From: Myxococcota bacterium
Lineage (GTDB): Bacteria; Myxococcota_A; UBA796; UBA2385
Length of the DNA stretch: 54,283 nt
Assembly (NCBI GenBank): GCA_044344255.1
Contig: JBIJDH010000037.1
Coordinates: 1 to 54,283 of the forward strand
Reading direction: 5' to 3'
Part shown: one piece after another, positions 22,081-32,097 of the stretch
Layout of the letters: each line of letters begins with the position of its first letter
Numbering within the stretch: position 1 is the first letter of the stretch
Translations under genes and position numbers: made by a program
Notes under the pieces: model-generated
Databases searched by the model: none
What the model saw: the letters and a program-made list of their open reading frames with translations, nothing else
What the model was told of the DNA's origin: nothing

Positions 22081-24108
22081 ATGCTTCCCCTCCTCACCGT
22101 CTTCGGGCTCGCGCTCGTCGGCGGCCTCCTGACCTACGTGCTGATGGGGCTGCGGGTCATCCCCAACGATCGGATCGGCGTCCTCGAGAAGCGCTGGAGC
22201 GCCAAGGGCTCGATCGAGAACGGCTTCATCGCGCTGCACGGGGAGGCCGGCTTCCAGCCTCAGGTCCTCCGTGGTGGCGCCCATTGGCGGATGCCCTTCC
22301 AGTACGCCGTCCACCGCATGCCCCTCGTGACCATCCCCCAGGGCAAGATCGGCTACGTCTTCGCGCGGGATGGCGCCTCGCTCGGCGCCAGCCAGACCCT
22401 CGGCAGCAACGAGGTGGCCCAAGACTTCCAGGACGCCGAAGGCTTCCTCGCCGCGGGCGGCCAGAAGGGCCCCCAGCGCCGCGTGCTTCGAGAGGGCACC
22501 TACGCGATCAACCTCGTACAGTTTGTCGTCCTGACCTCCGACCATCTGTACTATCTGCCGTTGAACAAGGACGACGCGGATGTGTTTCGTCGGATGGCCT
22601 CTCTAATCCAGGCTCGAGGCGGATTTGAGCCCGTGATCCTGTCCGGCACCGAAGACAGCGTCGGCGTCGTCACCGTACACGAGGGCCCCGCGCTCAGCGG
22701 CTCGGAGATCATCGCGCCCGTGGTGGGCGTCGACCCCGCCACGCCCGACTCCTACCACAACAGCTTTCAAGACGCCGAGCGCTTCCTCAAGGCCGGCGGT
22801 CGCCGTGGCCGGCAGCTGATGGTGCTGGTGGAGGGCACCTACTTCATCAACCGGCTCTTCGCGACGGTCGAGTGCATCCCGAAGATCGTGGTCGAGGTCG
22901 GCACCGTCGGCGTCGTCGTCTCCTACACCGGCGAGGCCGGGCGCGACCTCTCCGGCACCGACTACAAGCACGGGGAGCTCGTCAGCCGCGGCGCCCGTGG
23001 CGTCTGGAATGAGCCCCTCCTCCCCGGCAAGTACGCCTTCAATACCTATGCGGGCAAGGTGGTGATGGTCCCCACCACGAACTTCATCCTGAAGTGGAAC
23101 AAGCGGGAGGTGGGCGCCCACAAGTTCGACGAGAACCTGTCGGAGGTGAGCCTCATCACCAAGGACGCCTTCGAGCCCTCGCTGCCGTTGAGCGTGGTCG
23201 TGCACATCGACTACCGGAAGGCCCCGCTCGTCATCCAGCGCTTCGGCGACATCCGGCGCCTCGTAGAGCAGACCCTCGATCCGATGGTCGCGGCCTACTT
23301 CAAGAACGTCGGCCAGACCCGCACGGTCATCCAGCTCCTCCAAGACCGCTCGCTCATCCAGCAGGAGGCGAGCATTCAGATGCGCGAGAAGTTCGAGCAC
23401 TACAACCTGGAGCTCGAGGAGGTGCTCATCGGCACGCCAAGCTCCAGTGGTGGGGACAAGCACATCGATGAGATCCTCGCCCAGCTCCGCGAGCGCCAGA
23501 TCGCTGAGGAGAAGGTCGCCACCTACCTGCTCAAGGAGAAGGCCGCGGTGCAGGAGCGGATGCTCAACGAGGCCCAGGCGCGGGCCGCCCAGCAGCGCGG
23601 GCTCACCGAGTCCGAGCTCAACATCCAGATCCTGTCGAACCAGGGCAAGGCCGAGACCCAGCGGGTCGTGCAGCAGGCGAACCAGATGAAGACCATGGCC
23701 GAGGCGGAGGCGGAGAAGATCCGTCGCCTCTCGGAGGCCGAGGCCGACAAGATCAAGCGCATCGCCGAGGCCGACGCCGAGCGCGCGGCCCGGGTCGGCG
23801 TGGCCGAGGCCGTGGCCATCGAGGAGCAGGTGCACGCCTCCGGCGGACCTCGCTACCAGATGACCCGCGAGGTGCTGGCTCGTTTCGCTGACGCCGTGGC
23901 CACCGCCAAGGTCGACGTGGTGCCCCGCATCGTCATGACGGGCGGAGGCAGCGAGGGTCGAGGCGGCCACGGTCTCCTCGACACGCTGGTCGCGCTGATG
24001 GTCGATGACCGCATGGACGACCAGCCCCCCGCGGAGCGGGTCCGGCGGCCGGAGATCGAGGCGCTCCGTGATGAGCTCCTACAGCGCGGCCCCCGCCCGC
24101 GGGCCTGA
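22081..24108 (+). CDS. SPFH/flotillin-family membrane protein with N-terminal repeats
   Basis: N-terminal TM, repeated G.Q..L..G.Y.IN units, SPFH core (ITKDAFEPSLPLSVVVHID), AEAEAE coiled coil. Confidence 0.9.
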   Translation: MLPLLTVFGLALVGGLLTYVLMGLRVIPNDRIGVLEKRWSAKGSIENGFIALHGEAGFQPQVLRGGAHWRMPFQYAVHRMPLVTIPQGKIGYVFARDGASLGASQTLGSNEVAQDFQDAEGFLAAGGQKGPQRRVLREGTYAINLVQFVVLTSDHLYYLPLNKDDADVFRRMASLIQARGGFEPVILSGTEDSVGVVTVHEGPALSGSEIIAPVVGVDPATPDSYHNSFQDAERFLKAGGRRGRQLMVLVEGTYFINRLFATVECIPKIVVEVGTVGVVVSYTGEAGRDLSGTDYKHGELVSRGARGVWNEPLLPGKYAFNTYAGKVVMVPTTNFILKWNKREVGAHKFDENLSEVSLITKDAFEPSLPLSVVVHIDYRKAPLVIQRFGDIRRLVEQTLDPMVAAYFKNVGQTRTVIQLLQDRSLIQQEASIQMREKFEHYNLELEEVLIGTPSSSGGDKHIDEILAQLRERQIAEEKVATYLLKEKAAVQERMLNEAQARAAQQRGLTESELNIQILSNQGKAETQRVVQQANQMKTMAEAEAEKIRRLSEAEADKIKRIAEADAERAARVGVAEAVAIEEQVHASGGPRYQMTREVLARFADAVATAKVDVVPRIVMTGGGSEGRGGHGLLDTLVALMVDDRMDDQPPAERVRRPEIEALRDELLQRGPRPRA

Positions 24109-24191
24109 CCCCTGAGGGGTCGGATGGGTGGCCGGCGACCCCTGGGGTCGCCGGCCTGTCTGTGCCCGTTCGGTTGGGATATCGCCCCCGG

Positions 24192-27100
24192 ATGAGCGTC
24201 GAAGCGCCCCCCGCCGCCGGTCCTTCAGCCGTCCCTGGCCCCTTCTCGGTCGGTCCCTTCGACGTCATCAACCCCATCGGCAAGGGGGCGATGGGCGAGG
24301 TCTGGCTGGCCGAGCACCGCAGCCAGTGGGTGCAGGTCGCCATCAAGTTCCTGCACGGGGCGGAGGCCCGCGACCCCGCCTCCCTCGAGCTCTTCGCCAA
24401 GGAGGTGCGGGCGGTGGCCGGCCTCGCGCACCCCGGCATCGTGATGGTGCTCGACCACGGCGTCGTCGAGCCGGACGGGGAGGCCGTCCGCTCGGGCCGC
24501 TTCGTACCCGGCACGCCCTACCTCGTGATGGAGCTGGTCCGCGGCACGTCGCTCCACAGCTACGTCGGGCGCATCGCCTGGCCGGCTGCGCAGCAGGTCC
24601 TGCTCCAGGTGCTTGACGCCCTGGCGCACAGCCACGCCCGCGGGGTCATCCACTGCGACATCAAGCCCGGCAACGTGCTCCTGCGCCGTGAGCTCAGCTT
24701 TGACGTCGACGCGCCCGGCTACCGCGGCCCGGTTGACGCGCTGCTCACCGACTTCGGTCTCGCCCAGGCGGTGGCCCTCGCCGAGCTCTCCGACGACGTC
24801 GTCGCAGGCACGCCCTCCTACATGGCCCCCGAGCAGCTGCGCGGCGCCCTCCGCGATCTCGGCCCCTGGACCGACCTCTACGCCCTCGGCTGCCTCGCGT
24901 GGGCGGTGCTCACCGGCTCGCCGCCCTTCGGCCGTGACGCCGACTACGCCGCGATTCGGGCCGCCCACCTCGAGACCGAGCCCCCGGCCTTCCTGCCGCT
25001 CGTCCCCGTTCCGGAGGGGCTGGAGGCCTGGCTGCGGCGCCTGCTCGCCAAGCGGCCGGCCGACCGCTTCACCCGCGCCGCTGACGCCGCCGCCGGTCTG
25101 GTCAACCTGGGCATGGACCTCCAAGACTCCTGGCGGGACCTCCTCGCCCGCCGGGGCGGCGCGGCCGAGATCGAGGCTACCGACGCCTCCACCTGGCGGA
25201 GGGCGGTCCCGCCGAGCTTCAGCTTTCGCGCGCTTCACGCCTTCGATGTCGAGGCCCTCTCGACGCGCAACGCCTGCCCCCCATGGTCACCGCCGAGGGG
25301 GAGCGAGGTCGTCGGGCTGCTCCAGCTCCCGTCCGCCCCGACCGCCCTGTCCGCCAGCGGCCTTACGCGCGGCCCCTCCCGGGGTGACCAGATCGCGCCT
25401 TTACCGGCCTCCTGGCAGGCGCCGCGCCCGCCGGCGGCCTCGGTCCAGCTGCTCGGGGTGGGGCTCAACCTCTACCTGATGCGGGCCGTGCCCTTCGTCG
25501 GGCGGCGCGAGGAGCGGAACGTGCTCTGGGCCGCCCTTCGGCGGGTGCATCAGCGAAGAACGGCGGAGGCTGTCTTGCTCCGGGGTCCAGCCGGCTGCGG
25601 AAAGACCAGCCTCGCCCGTTGGATCGCCGAGCGCGCCCACGAGGTGGGCGGGGCCATCGTGCTCCAGGCCACCGAGCTCGACCGCGAGGGTGGCGGAGAG
25701 GGGCTGAGCGCGATGTTGAGCCGGCACCTGCGCTGCGGGGGCCTGCAGCGCGAGGGCCTCACCCGGAGGCTCCACGGCCTGCTGCCCCAGTACAACCTGT
25801 TCTCGGTCGACGATCATCACGCTGTGGTCGAGCTCCTCGAGCCCCCTGTCGACGGGCGGTCGGGGGCGGTGCGCACGATCCGCTTCGGGGACGCCGAAGA
25901 GAGGCTGGTCTTGATCCGGCGGCTCTTGCAGGCCTTCGCCGAGGGGCCGGAGGGGCCACGGCCGGTCATCCTCGTGCTCGATCAGGTCCAGTCCTCTCCC
26001 GACAGCCTCGCCCTCGCGCTTCACCTGCTCCGCGATGACGTGGCCGCGCCGGTGCTGGTCCTGCTCGCCGCGACCGAGGAGCAGCTGAACGAGCGAGAGG
26101 AAGAGCTCGCGCTCGTCGCCGCCCTCTGCGCGCGCCCCCGGGCCCGCGTGATCGAGCTCGGACCCTTACCCACCGACGACCACGCCGAGCTCGTGCAGCG
26201 CCTGCTCGGCATCGAGGGCGAGCTCGCCGCGCGGGTCGCACGCCGCACCGCGGGCAACCCCTACTTCGCGGTTCAGCTCATCGGGGACTGGGTCGAGCGG
26301 GGGCTGCTCGAGGTGGGCCGCGAAGGCTTCCGCCTCCGCGAGGGGGTGCGGGTCGACATCCCCGCTGACGTCCACGCCGCCTGGAAAGAGCGCACGGACC
26401 GCCTCCTTGACCCCCTCGACAAGGGGTGTGTGCTGGCCCTCGAGGTCGCGGCGGTGCTGGGCAACGAGGTCGACCTCGCGGAGTGGCAGGCCGCCAGCGC
26501 CCTCGTCGGGGCCAGCCCCGCCATCGGCCTCGTCGAGAGCCTGAGCCGTCAGCGCCTCGTCGAGCTCTACCCGGACGGCTCGGGCTGGCGCTTCACGCAG
26601 CCGATGTTGCGGGAGAGCCTGGAGCGCCGCGCTCGGGAAGAGCGGCGCCTCCCCAAGCTCCACCAGCTCGTCGCGCGCTCCCTCCAAGAGCCGGGCGGCG
26701 TCACCGCGGGGCGCTCCGAGCGTATCGGTCGCCACCTGCTGCTGGCCGGCCTGCCCATGCCCGCCTTCGGCCATCTCCTCCAAGCGGCCGAGGAGCGGAT
26801 CGCCGCCGGCGAGGTCGGGGCAGCAGAGCGGCTGCTGGAGAGCCGAGAGCGGGCCATGCGTCGCCTCCGCCTGCCCACCGAAGACGAGCTCTGGGCCCAG
26901 GGCTGGATCAGCCGCTGCCGCCTCGCCCGCCTCAAGCCCGACCTCGCCCAGGCCCTGCACCACGGCGAGCGCGCGTTGACGTTGTCGCGACACCACGGTT
27001 GGCGTCGTTTGCTGGCCGCGGCCCTGCGGGAGCTCATCCCCCTCACCCTCGAGCTCGGCGAGCCGGAGGAGGCCGAGTCCCTCGTAACGGAGCTCACCCT

Positions 27101-27908
27101 GCTCGCGGCCGAGCCGGAAGACGCGGGGCTGCTCGCCTTCTGCCACCTCTACGGCGGGCAGGTCGCGGTGGAGCTCGGTCGGCCGCGAGAGGCCGAGGAC
27201 CGCTTTCATCGGGCCCTGGCCACCCACGTGGCGGCCGGTGAGCGGATCCACGCGGCCACGAGCCTCGCCGCGCTCGGGCGCATCGCGGCGGTAGCCGGTC
27301 GCTTCGACGAGGCGAGCGCGCACCTCGACGCCGCGATGCGGCTCCACCACGAGGTGGGAGATCGCCTCGGCGTGGCCGAGGACCTCGTGTTGATCGGTGA
27401 GCTGGCCCGGCTGCGCTTCGATCTCGACGTCGCGGAGCGCTGCATCCGAGACGCCGAGCGCCGCTTCACCGAGCTCGGTCGGCGAGGCGGGGTGCTCGCG
27501 CGGGTCAACCTCGCCTTGGTCCACTTCCAGCGCGGCGTCCACGACCAGTCCCGAGAGCTGCTCCAGGAGGCCCTGGAGGAGGCCGTCCGCCTGAACAGCC
27601 GCCGCTGGCAGGGGACGGTCCACGCCTTGCTGCTGCCCTGCTGCGCGGTGGACCAAGACTGGGCCGCCTGGGACGAACACTTCGACGCGGGCGCCGAGCT
27701 GCTCGAGGAGGCGCGGCAGGCGGAGCCCGACATCGCCCGGACCGCTCGCCTCGCCGGAGATCTCGCGCGCGCGGCCGAGGAGCCCAGCCGTGCGCGGCAG
27801 GCCTACACCCTCGCCTGGCATCAGTGGGCAGCCCTTGAGCGTCCCGCCGAGGCCTCCGCCATCCAGGCCCGCCTCGCCTCCCTGCCCGAGGCCGACCGCC
27901 CTGAATGA
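24192..27908 (+). CDS. Ser/Thr kinase + AAA (STAND-like) ATPase + TPR-like repeats
   Basis: IGKGAMGEV, VAIK, HCDIKPGN, DFG, GTPSYMAPE; FVGR..E, GPAGCGKT, AGNPYF; helical repeats at the C-terminus. Confidence 0.9.
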   Translation: MSVEAPPAAGPSAVPGPFSVGPFDVINPIGKGAMGEVWLAEHRSQWVQVAIKFLHGAEARDPASLELFAKEVRAVAGLAHPGIVMVLDHGVVEPDGEAVRSGRFVPGTPYLVMELVRGTSLHSYVGRIAWPAAQQVLLQVLDALAHSHARGVIHCDIKPGNVLLRRELSFDVDAPGYRGPVDALLTDFGLAQAVALAELSDDVVAGTPSYMAPEQLRGALRDLGPWTDLYALGCLAWAVLTGSPPFGRDADYAAIRAAHLETEPPAFLPLVPVPEGLEAWLRRLLAKRPADRFTRAADAAAGLVNLGMDLQDSWRDLLARRGGAAEIEATDASTWRRAVPPSFSFRALHAFDVEALSTRNACPPWSPPRGSEVVGLLQLPSAPTALSASGLTRGPSRGDQIAPLPASWQAPRPPAASVQLLGVGLNLYLMRAVPFVGRREERNVLWAALRRVHQRRTAEAVLLRGPAGCGKTSLARWIAERAHEVGGAIVLQATELDREGGGEGLSAMLSRHLRCGGLQREGLTRRLHGLLPQYNLFSVDDHHAVVELLEPPVDGRSGAVRTIRFGDAEERLVLIRRLLQAFAEGPEGPRPVILVLDQVQSSPDSLALALHLLRDDVAAPVLVLLAATEEQLNEREEELALVAALCARPRARVIELGPLPTDDHAELVQRLLGIEGELAARVARRTAGNPYFAVQLIGDWVERGLLEVGREGFRLREGVRVDIPADVHAAWKERTDRLLDPLDKGCVLALEVAAVLGNEVDLAEWQAASALVGASPAIGLVESLSRQRLVELYPDGSGWRFTQPMLRESLERRAREERRLPKLHQLVARSLQEPGGVTAGRSERIGRHLLLAGLPMPAFGHLLQAAEERIAAGEVGAAERLLESRERAMRRLRLPTEDELWAQGWISRCRLARLKPDLAQALHHGERALTLSRHHGWRRLLAAALRELIPLTLELGEPEEAESLVTELTLLAAEPEDAGLLAFCHLYGGQVAVELGRPREAEDRFHRALATHVAAGERIHAATSLAALGRIAAVAGRFDEASAHLDAAMRLHHEVGDRLGVAEDLVLIGELARLRFDLDVAERCIRDAERRFTELGRRGGVLARVNLALVHFQRGVHDQSRELLQEALEEAVRLNSRRWQGTVHALLLPCCAVDQDWAAWDEHFDAGAELLEEARQAEPDIARTARLAGDLARAAEEPSRARQAYTLAWHQWAALERPAEASAIQARLASLPEADRPE

Positions 27909-28047
27909 TTGGGCTCGCGTTCGACGTAGGTAGAACCTGTTTAGTTCGAACAATCCGAGGGGAGGCATCACCCCTCGGCCGACCTTTCCCCTCCCCGGCG
28001 GACCACAAACGGAATAAACCTCCGCACTCTTGGGCGAGAAGAACACG

Positions 28048-28992
28048 ATGTCCTGGCGAATGACCTGTCCGAAATGTGGCTCCGCCAACGTGGACCTCGA
28101 GGAAGACCAGCGGGCCTTTCTCGGCGGAGGACGCCATCAGGTGCAGCTCCACTGCTACACCTGCGGCAAGATTATTTACGGCGAGAAGCCGATTCAGGAC
28201 GAGGCAAACCGGCAGCGGGAGCTTTGGGAGAAGGCCCAGGCCGCGAAGGACCCTGCGCTCGAAGAGCGCCGACGTCCCGTAGAGGAGTCTCGCCGCCCCG
28301 GTCTCGACGTCGCCCGTAAGCTCGACGCGCGGCGCGCCGTGCAGGATGGCGCTGCGGCTCGGAGGCCCGCGGCCACCGCCGCGCCGGTCCCGACGGGGAG
28401 GGCAGCTCCCACCCGCGCAGCGAACGCCGCCGCCGCGGCTCCTGCCGCACTTACAAGCGCGGTCCCGGGGCCGGCCCAGATGCCTCCACCGGTCGCCCCG
28501 GTCGCCCTGACGGCGCCGCCGACCGCGGTCGCCGTCGCGCCCGTCGTCCAGGCGCCCGTCGTCCAGGCGCCCGTCGCCCCGACGCCGGTCGTCGTGGCCC
28601 CTTCGGCCCCGGTCGCTGCGGCACCGCTCGCCCCGTCACGCGAGGCCACGCCCCCCGCGGCCGAAGACGCGGCACCATTGCCGCCAGGGGACGATGAGCG
28701 CTCGGTGGACGAGGCCCGTGCGGAGGTCGATCCCGAGACGGGCGGCCTCTCCGAGGACCTCTCGCTCCAGCCTTTCGCCTCACACGGCGGGAGCCTGGAC
28801 AACGACGGCGAAGAGCCGATGGACGAGGAGACCGCCCGCCGCGTCTCGCTCGGCCTCTGCGCCTGGATGGACTGCGAGAAGCAGGCGCGGCCCAATTCGA
28901 AGTACTGCTCGCGGAACTGCTCCAACAAGAACGCGCGCGCTCGGCACTCGAAGCGGCGGAAGCCGGACGGCACCGAGGCCGAGGCCCGCTGA
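28048..28992 (+). CDS. Double zinc-finger protein with a Pro/Ala-rich linker (hypothetical)
   Basis: CPKC..CYTC N-terminal ribbon; C-terminal CAWMDC..YCSRNCSNKNARARH (CGNR-like). Confidence 0.75.
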   Translation: MSWRMTCPKCGSANVDLEEDQRAFLGGGRHQVQLHCYTCGKIIYGEKPIQDEANRQRELWEKAQAAKDPALEERRRPVEESRRPGLDVARKLDARRAVQDGAAARRPAATAAPVPTGRAAPTRAANAAAAAPAALTSAVPGPAQMPPPVAPVALTAPPTAVAVAPVVQAPVVQAPVAPTPVVVAPSAPVAAAPLAPSREATPPAAEDAAPLPPGDDERSVDEARAEVDPETGGLSEDLSLQPFASHGGSLDNDGEEPMDEETARRVSLGLCAWMDCEKQARPNSKYCSRNCSNKNARARHSKRRKPDGTEAEAR

Positions 28993-29021
28993 CGGGACGG
29001 CCGACGGGATAACGGCCCCCG

Positions 29022-30170
29022 ATGCAACGACTGACGCTCACCGCCGACACCGTCGGCCCCATCGCTCGGGGGCATCCCTGGGTCTACGCCGACGGGGTCA
29101 CCAGCCGCGCCCCCGCGGGAACTCCGGTTCAGCTGGTTGACCCCCGCGGCAAGGTCGTGGCCTTCGGTCTCGCCGATGAGGGCGTGATCGCGGTCCGGGT
29201 GCTGGGGCGCCACGCCGAAGACCTCCCGGCCCTCCTCCGCACGCGCATCGCCGCCTCTGCCGCCTTCCGCGACCAGGTGCTGCCCCCGCGCACCAACGCC
29301 TGCCGCCTGGTCAACGGGGAGGGTGACAGCCTGCCGAGCCTCGTGGTCGACCGCTACGGCCCGCTCGCGGTCGTCCGCCTCTACGCCAGGGCGTGGGAGC
29401 CGCACCTCGGCACGATCACGGCCGCCGTCGCCTCCATCCCGGGCATCGAGGTGGTCGTGCGCCGGAAGGGGGTGCGCATCGTCGACGGCGACGACGACAA
29501 GGGCCTCGATCTGCTGCATGGGCCCTCGATCCCCGAGGTGCTCGTGGTCGAGGAGGCCGGCCTCAAGTTCCTGGTCCGCCCCCGCGTCGGCCAGAAGACG
29601 GGCCTCTTCCTCGACCAGCGCGAGCACCGTCGCTTCGCCGCTCAGCTCTCCCGCGACCGCACCCTCGCCAACCTCTTCGGCTACACGGGCGGCTTCAGCG
29701 TTCACGCCGCCGCGGCCGGCGCGAAGCGGGTGATCACCGTAGACGTCGCCGCCCCCGCCCTCGACGACGCGCGGGAGAACTTCCGCCTCAACGGGTTGGA
29801 CCCCTCCCGACACGGCTTCGAGGCCGCCGACGTCTTCTCCTGGGAGCCCTCCGAGCGGCTCGACTTCGTCATCTGTGACCCCCCCTCCCTCTCCCATGAG
29901 ACCAAGGCCGACCAGGGCGCAGGCCGCGCCTACCGCGACCTCGCCACCCGCTGCGGCCTGATGCTCCCGCCGGGCGGCGTGCTCGCGACGGCCTCCTGCA
30001 CTGCGCGGCTCAGTCGGGAGCGCTGGGAGGAGAACATCCGCGAGGGCTGCCGGAAGGCGGGCGGCCGGTGGTCCTGGTTGTGGTCTGCGGCGGAGCCCCC
30101 CGATCACCCGGTCTCCATCGATCATCCCGAGGGGCGATACCTCAAGTTCGCCCTGCTGCGCCGCACCTGA
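29022..30170 (+). CDS. rlmI: RlmI/RlmK-family SAM-dependent rRNA methyltransferase
   Basis: GHPWVY, RLVNGEGDSLP, GQKTGLFLDQR, NLFGYTGGFS, DPP, YLK. Confidence 0.85.
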   Translation: MQRLTLTADTVGPIARGHPWVYADGVTSRAPAGTPVQLVDPRGKVVAFGLADEGVIAVRVLGRHAEDLPALLRTRIAASAAFRDQVLPPRTNACRLVNGEGDSLPSLVVDRYGPLAVVRLYARAWEPHLGTITAAVASIPGIEVVVRRKGVRIVDGDDDKGLDLLHGPSIPEVLVVEEAGLKFLVRPRVGQKTGLFLDQREHRRFAAQLSRDRTLANLFGYTGGFSVHAAAAGAKRVITVDVAAPALDDARENFRLNGLDPSRHGFEAADVFSWEPSERLDFVICDPPSLSHETKADQGAGRAYRDLATRCGLMLPPGGVLATASCTARLSRERWEENIREGCRKAGGRWSWLWSAAEPPDHPVSIDHPEGRYLKFALLRRT

Positions 30171-30261
30171 GGGGGCCCCCGCGCGCGGGGTGAAGCCGGT
30201 GGCTCGGCGTATCCTCCCCTGCCCTCCCCTCGCCTCGCCCGCCGCAGGCTATGCTCTCTCC

Positions 30262-32097
30262 GTGGCCCAACCCAGCTACCCCCGTCCATACGGGTCCTAC
30301 ATGCTGCTGGAGCGGCTCGGCCAGGGCGGAATGTCCGAGGTCGAGCTCGCCCGACGCACCGTGGAGGACGCCGCATACGTGCGCTTCCTCGTCATCAAGC
30401 GGATGGTGCCGAAGAACGCCGGTGACGAGAGCTTCGTCAAGATGTTCCAGGACGAGGCGCGGATCAACGCCGAGCTCCAGCACGAGAACATCGCCCAGGT
30501 CTACGACTTCGGCCGCGTGGGGGACGAGTTCTTCCTGGCGATGGAGTACGTGCCGGGGATCGACCTCCGACAGGTGCAGCAGGCCTTGGCCCGCCGCGGC
30601 GAGCGCCTCCCGCTCGGGATGAGCCTTCGTGTCCTCTGCGATGTGCTCTCCGGCCTCGAGTACGCCCACTCCCGGGTCGACACCTACGGTCGGCCGATGC
30701 GCATCGTCCACCGCGACATCAACCCGCGCAACATCATGCTCTCGGTGCGCGGCGAGGTGAAGATCATTGACTTCGGCGTGGCCAAGGCCGACACCCGCGC
30801 CGAGCAGACCAACACCTTCTCGATCAAGGGCAAGGTCGCCTACCTCGCTCCGGAGCAGGTCGACGGCGCCCAGACCATCGACGGTCGCGCCGACATCTTC
30901 GCCGTCGGCCTCGTGCTGCACGAGCTGATCGAGGGTCGCAGCCCCTTCGGCGGGCTGACCGAGGTGCAGATCCTCCACCGCATCCTCGCCGGGCGCATCC
31001 CCGCGCTGGGCGAGATGCCCGAGCACCCCGAGCCCGAGCTGCTGCGCACTGTCCACCGCAGGGCGCTGGCCCTCGACAAGGTCAACCGCTACGCCGACGC
31101 CCGCTCGATGCGCGCCGATCTGGAGCGGGCGGCCTTGGCCATGGGCGGCCTCCCCGATCGGGCTGAGCTGGTGCAGTTCCTTGCCACGGTGGTGCCAGAG
31201 GTGACGGGCTCGATCGGCGACCGACTTCAAGCCTGGCGCGACTTCGACCCTCACCACCTCCTCCACCCCGCGCTGCCGGAGGGCGAGACCATCTCCGCGC
31301 CGGTCGACGGCGGAAGCCTCTCCCGCTCCGGCGTGGCCGGCCACGGCGGCCGCAGCAAGGTCATCCGGGATGAGCCCACCCCGCGCCGGTGGCTCTTCGC
31401 GGCGATAGGCGCGCTGTTGGCCGGCGGCTTCGTTGTGCTGCTGGCGATCATCGCCGTCCTGCTGCTGAGCCGGCCGGGTGAACCGCCGCCCCCTGTCCCC
31501 GCCGACGTCGTGAGCGTGGGCGCCCCGCCCGTCGCGGCGCCGGATCCTTCGACGACGGAGGCACCGCCGTCCACCGGGGCTCCATCGTCCACCGGGGCTC
31601 CATCGTCCACCGGGGCTCCATCGTCCACCGAGGCTCCGCCGGTCGCCGCCGGCGCTTCGTCCGAAGCGGGCCGAAAGTCGGGCGGGAGCGGTGGGAGCGG
31701 TGGGAGCGGCTCGTCCGTTACGAAGGCGACGACGGCGAAGGTCGCGCCGCCCACCCCACCGGTCAGCGCTGCGCCGCTCCCCGTCGCCCCGGAGGCGCCG
31801 CCCACTGCGCCGTCCGAGGCCCCGACGCCGGTCGCCGCAGCCACCACCGCTCACCCGCCCGCCTCGGCCGCCGAAGCGAGCGAGAAGGGCCTCGTCAACG
31901 TCTCCTCCTACCCCTCCCGCGGCTTCGAGGTGTCGGTGGACGGCCGGAAGATCGGCGTCACGCCGCTCCGGAACGCGAGGGTCCCGGTGGGTGAGCACAG
32001 CTTCCTGGTCCGTGACCCGAACACCGGCAAATCCTGGACCTACCAACGCACCGTCGATCGCTCCGCGGTCACCGTGATCGTCACCGAGACCGAATGA
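30262..32097 (+). CDS. Membrane Ser/Thr kinase with a C-terminal PEGA-like domain
   Basis: GQGGMSEV, VIKR, HRDINPRN, DFG, GKVAYLAPEQ; TM; Ser/Pro/Thr linker; VSVDGRKIGVTPL. GTG 30262 chosen as start. Confidence 0.92.
   Translation: MAQPSYPRPYGSYMLLERLGQGGMSEVELARRTVEDAAYVRFLVIKRMVPKNAGDESFVKMFQDEARINAELQHENIAQVYDFGRVGDEFFLAMEYVPGIDLRQVQQALARRGERLPLGMSLRVLCDVLSGLEYAHSRVDTYGRPMRIVHRDINPRNIMLSVRGEVKIIDFGVAKADTRAEQTNTFSIKGKVAYLAPEQVDGAQTIDGRADIFAVGLVLHELIEGRSPFGGLTEVQILHRILAGRIPALGEMPEHPEPELLRTVHRRALALDKVNRYADARSMRADLERAALAMGGLPDRAELVQFLATVVPEVTGSIGDRLQAWRDFDPHHLLHPALPEGETISAPVDGGSLSRSGVAGHGGRSKVIRDEPTPRRWLFAAIGALLAGGFVVLLAIIAVLLLSRPGEPPPPVPADVVSVGAPPVAAPDPSTTEAPPSTGAPSSTGAPSSTGAPSSTEAPPVAAGASSEAGRKSGGSGGSGGSGSSVTKATTAKVAPPTPPVSAAPLPVAPEAPPTAPSEAPTPVAAATTAHPPASAAEASEKGLVNVSSYPSRGFEVSVDGRKIGVTPLRNARVPVGEHSFLVRDPNTGKSWTYQRTVDRSAVTVIVTETE
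31568..31637 (+). repeat. In-frame 18-bp tandem repeat (3 perfect + 1 degenerate copy) encoding STGAPS
   Basis: CGTCCACCGGGGCTCCAT x3; a 9-bp GGGAGCGGT/C x3 repeat follows at 31684-31710. Confidence 0.9.

Noticed and set aside
27930..27952. LexA/SOS box upstream of the zinc-finger gene
   Set aside because: Spacing fits neither GAAC-N4-GTTC nor the Myxococcus box well; kept only as an unassigned motif.
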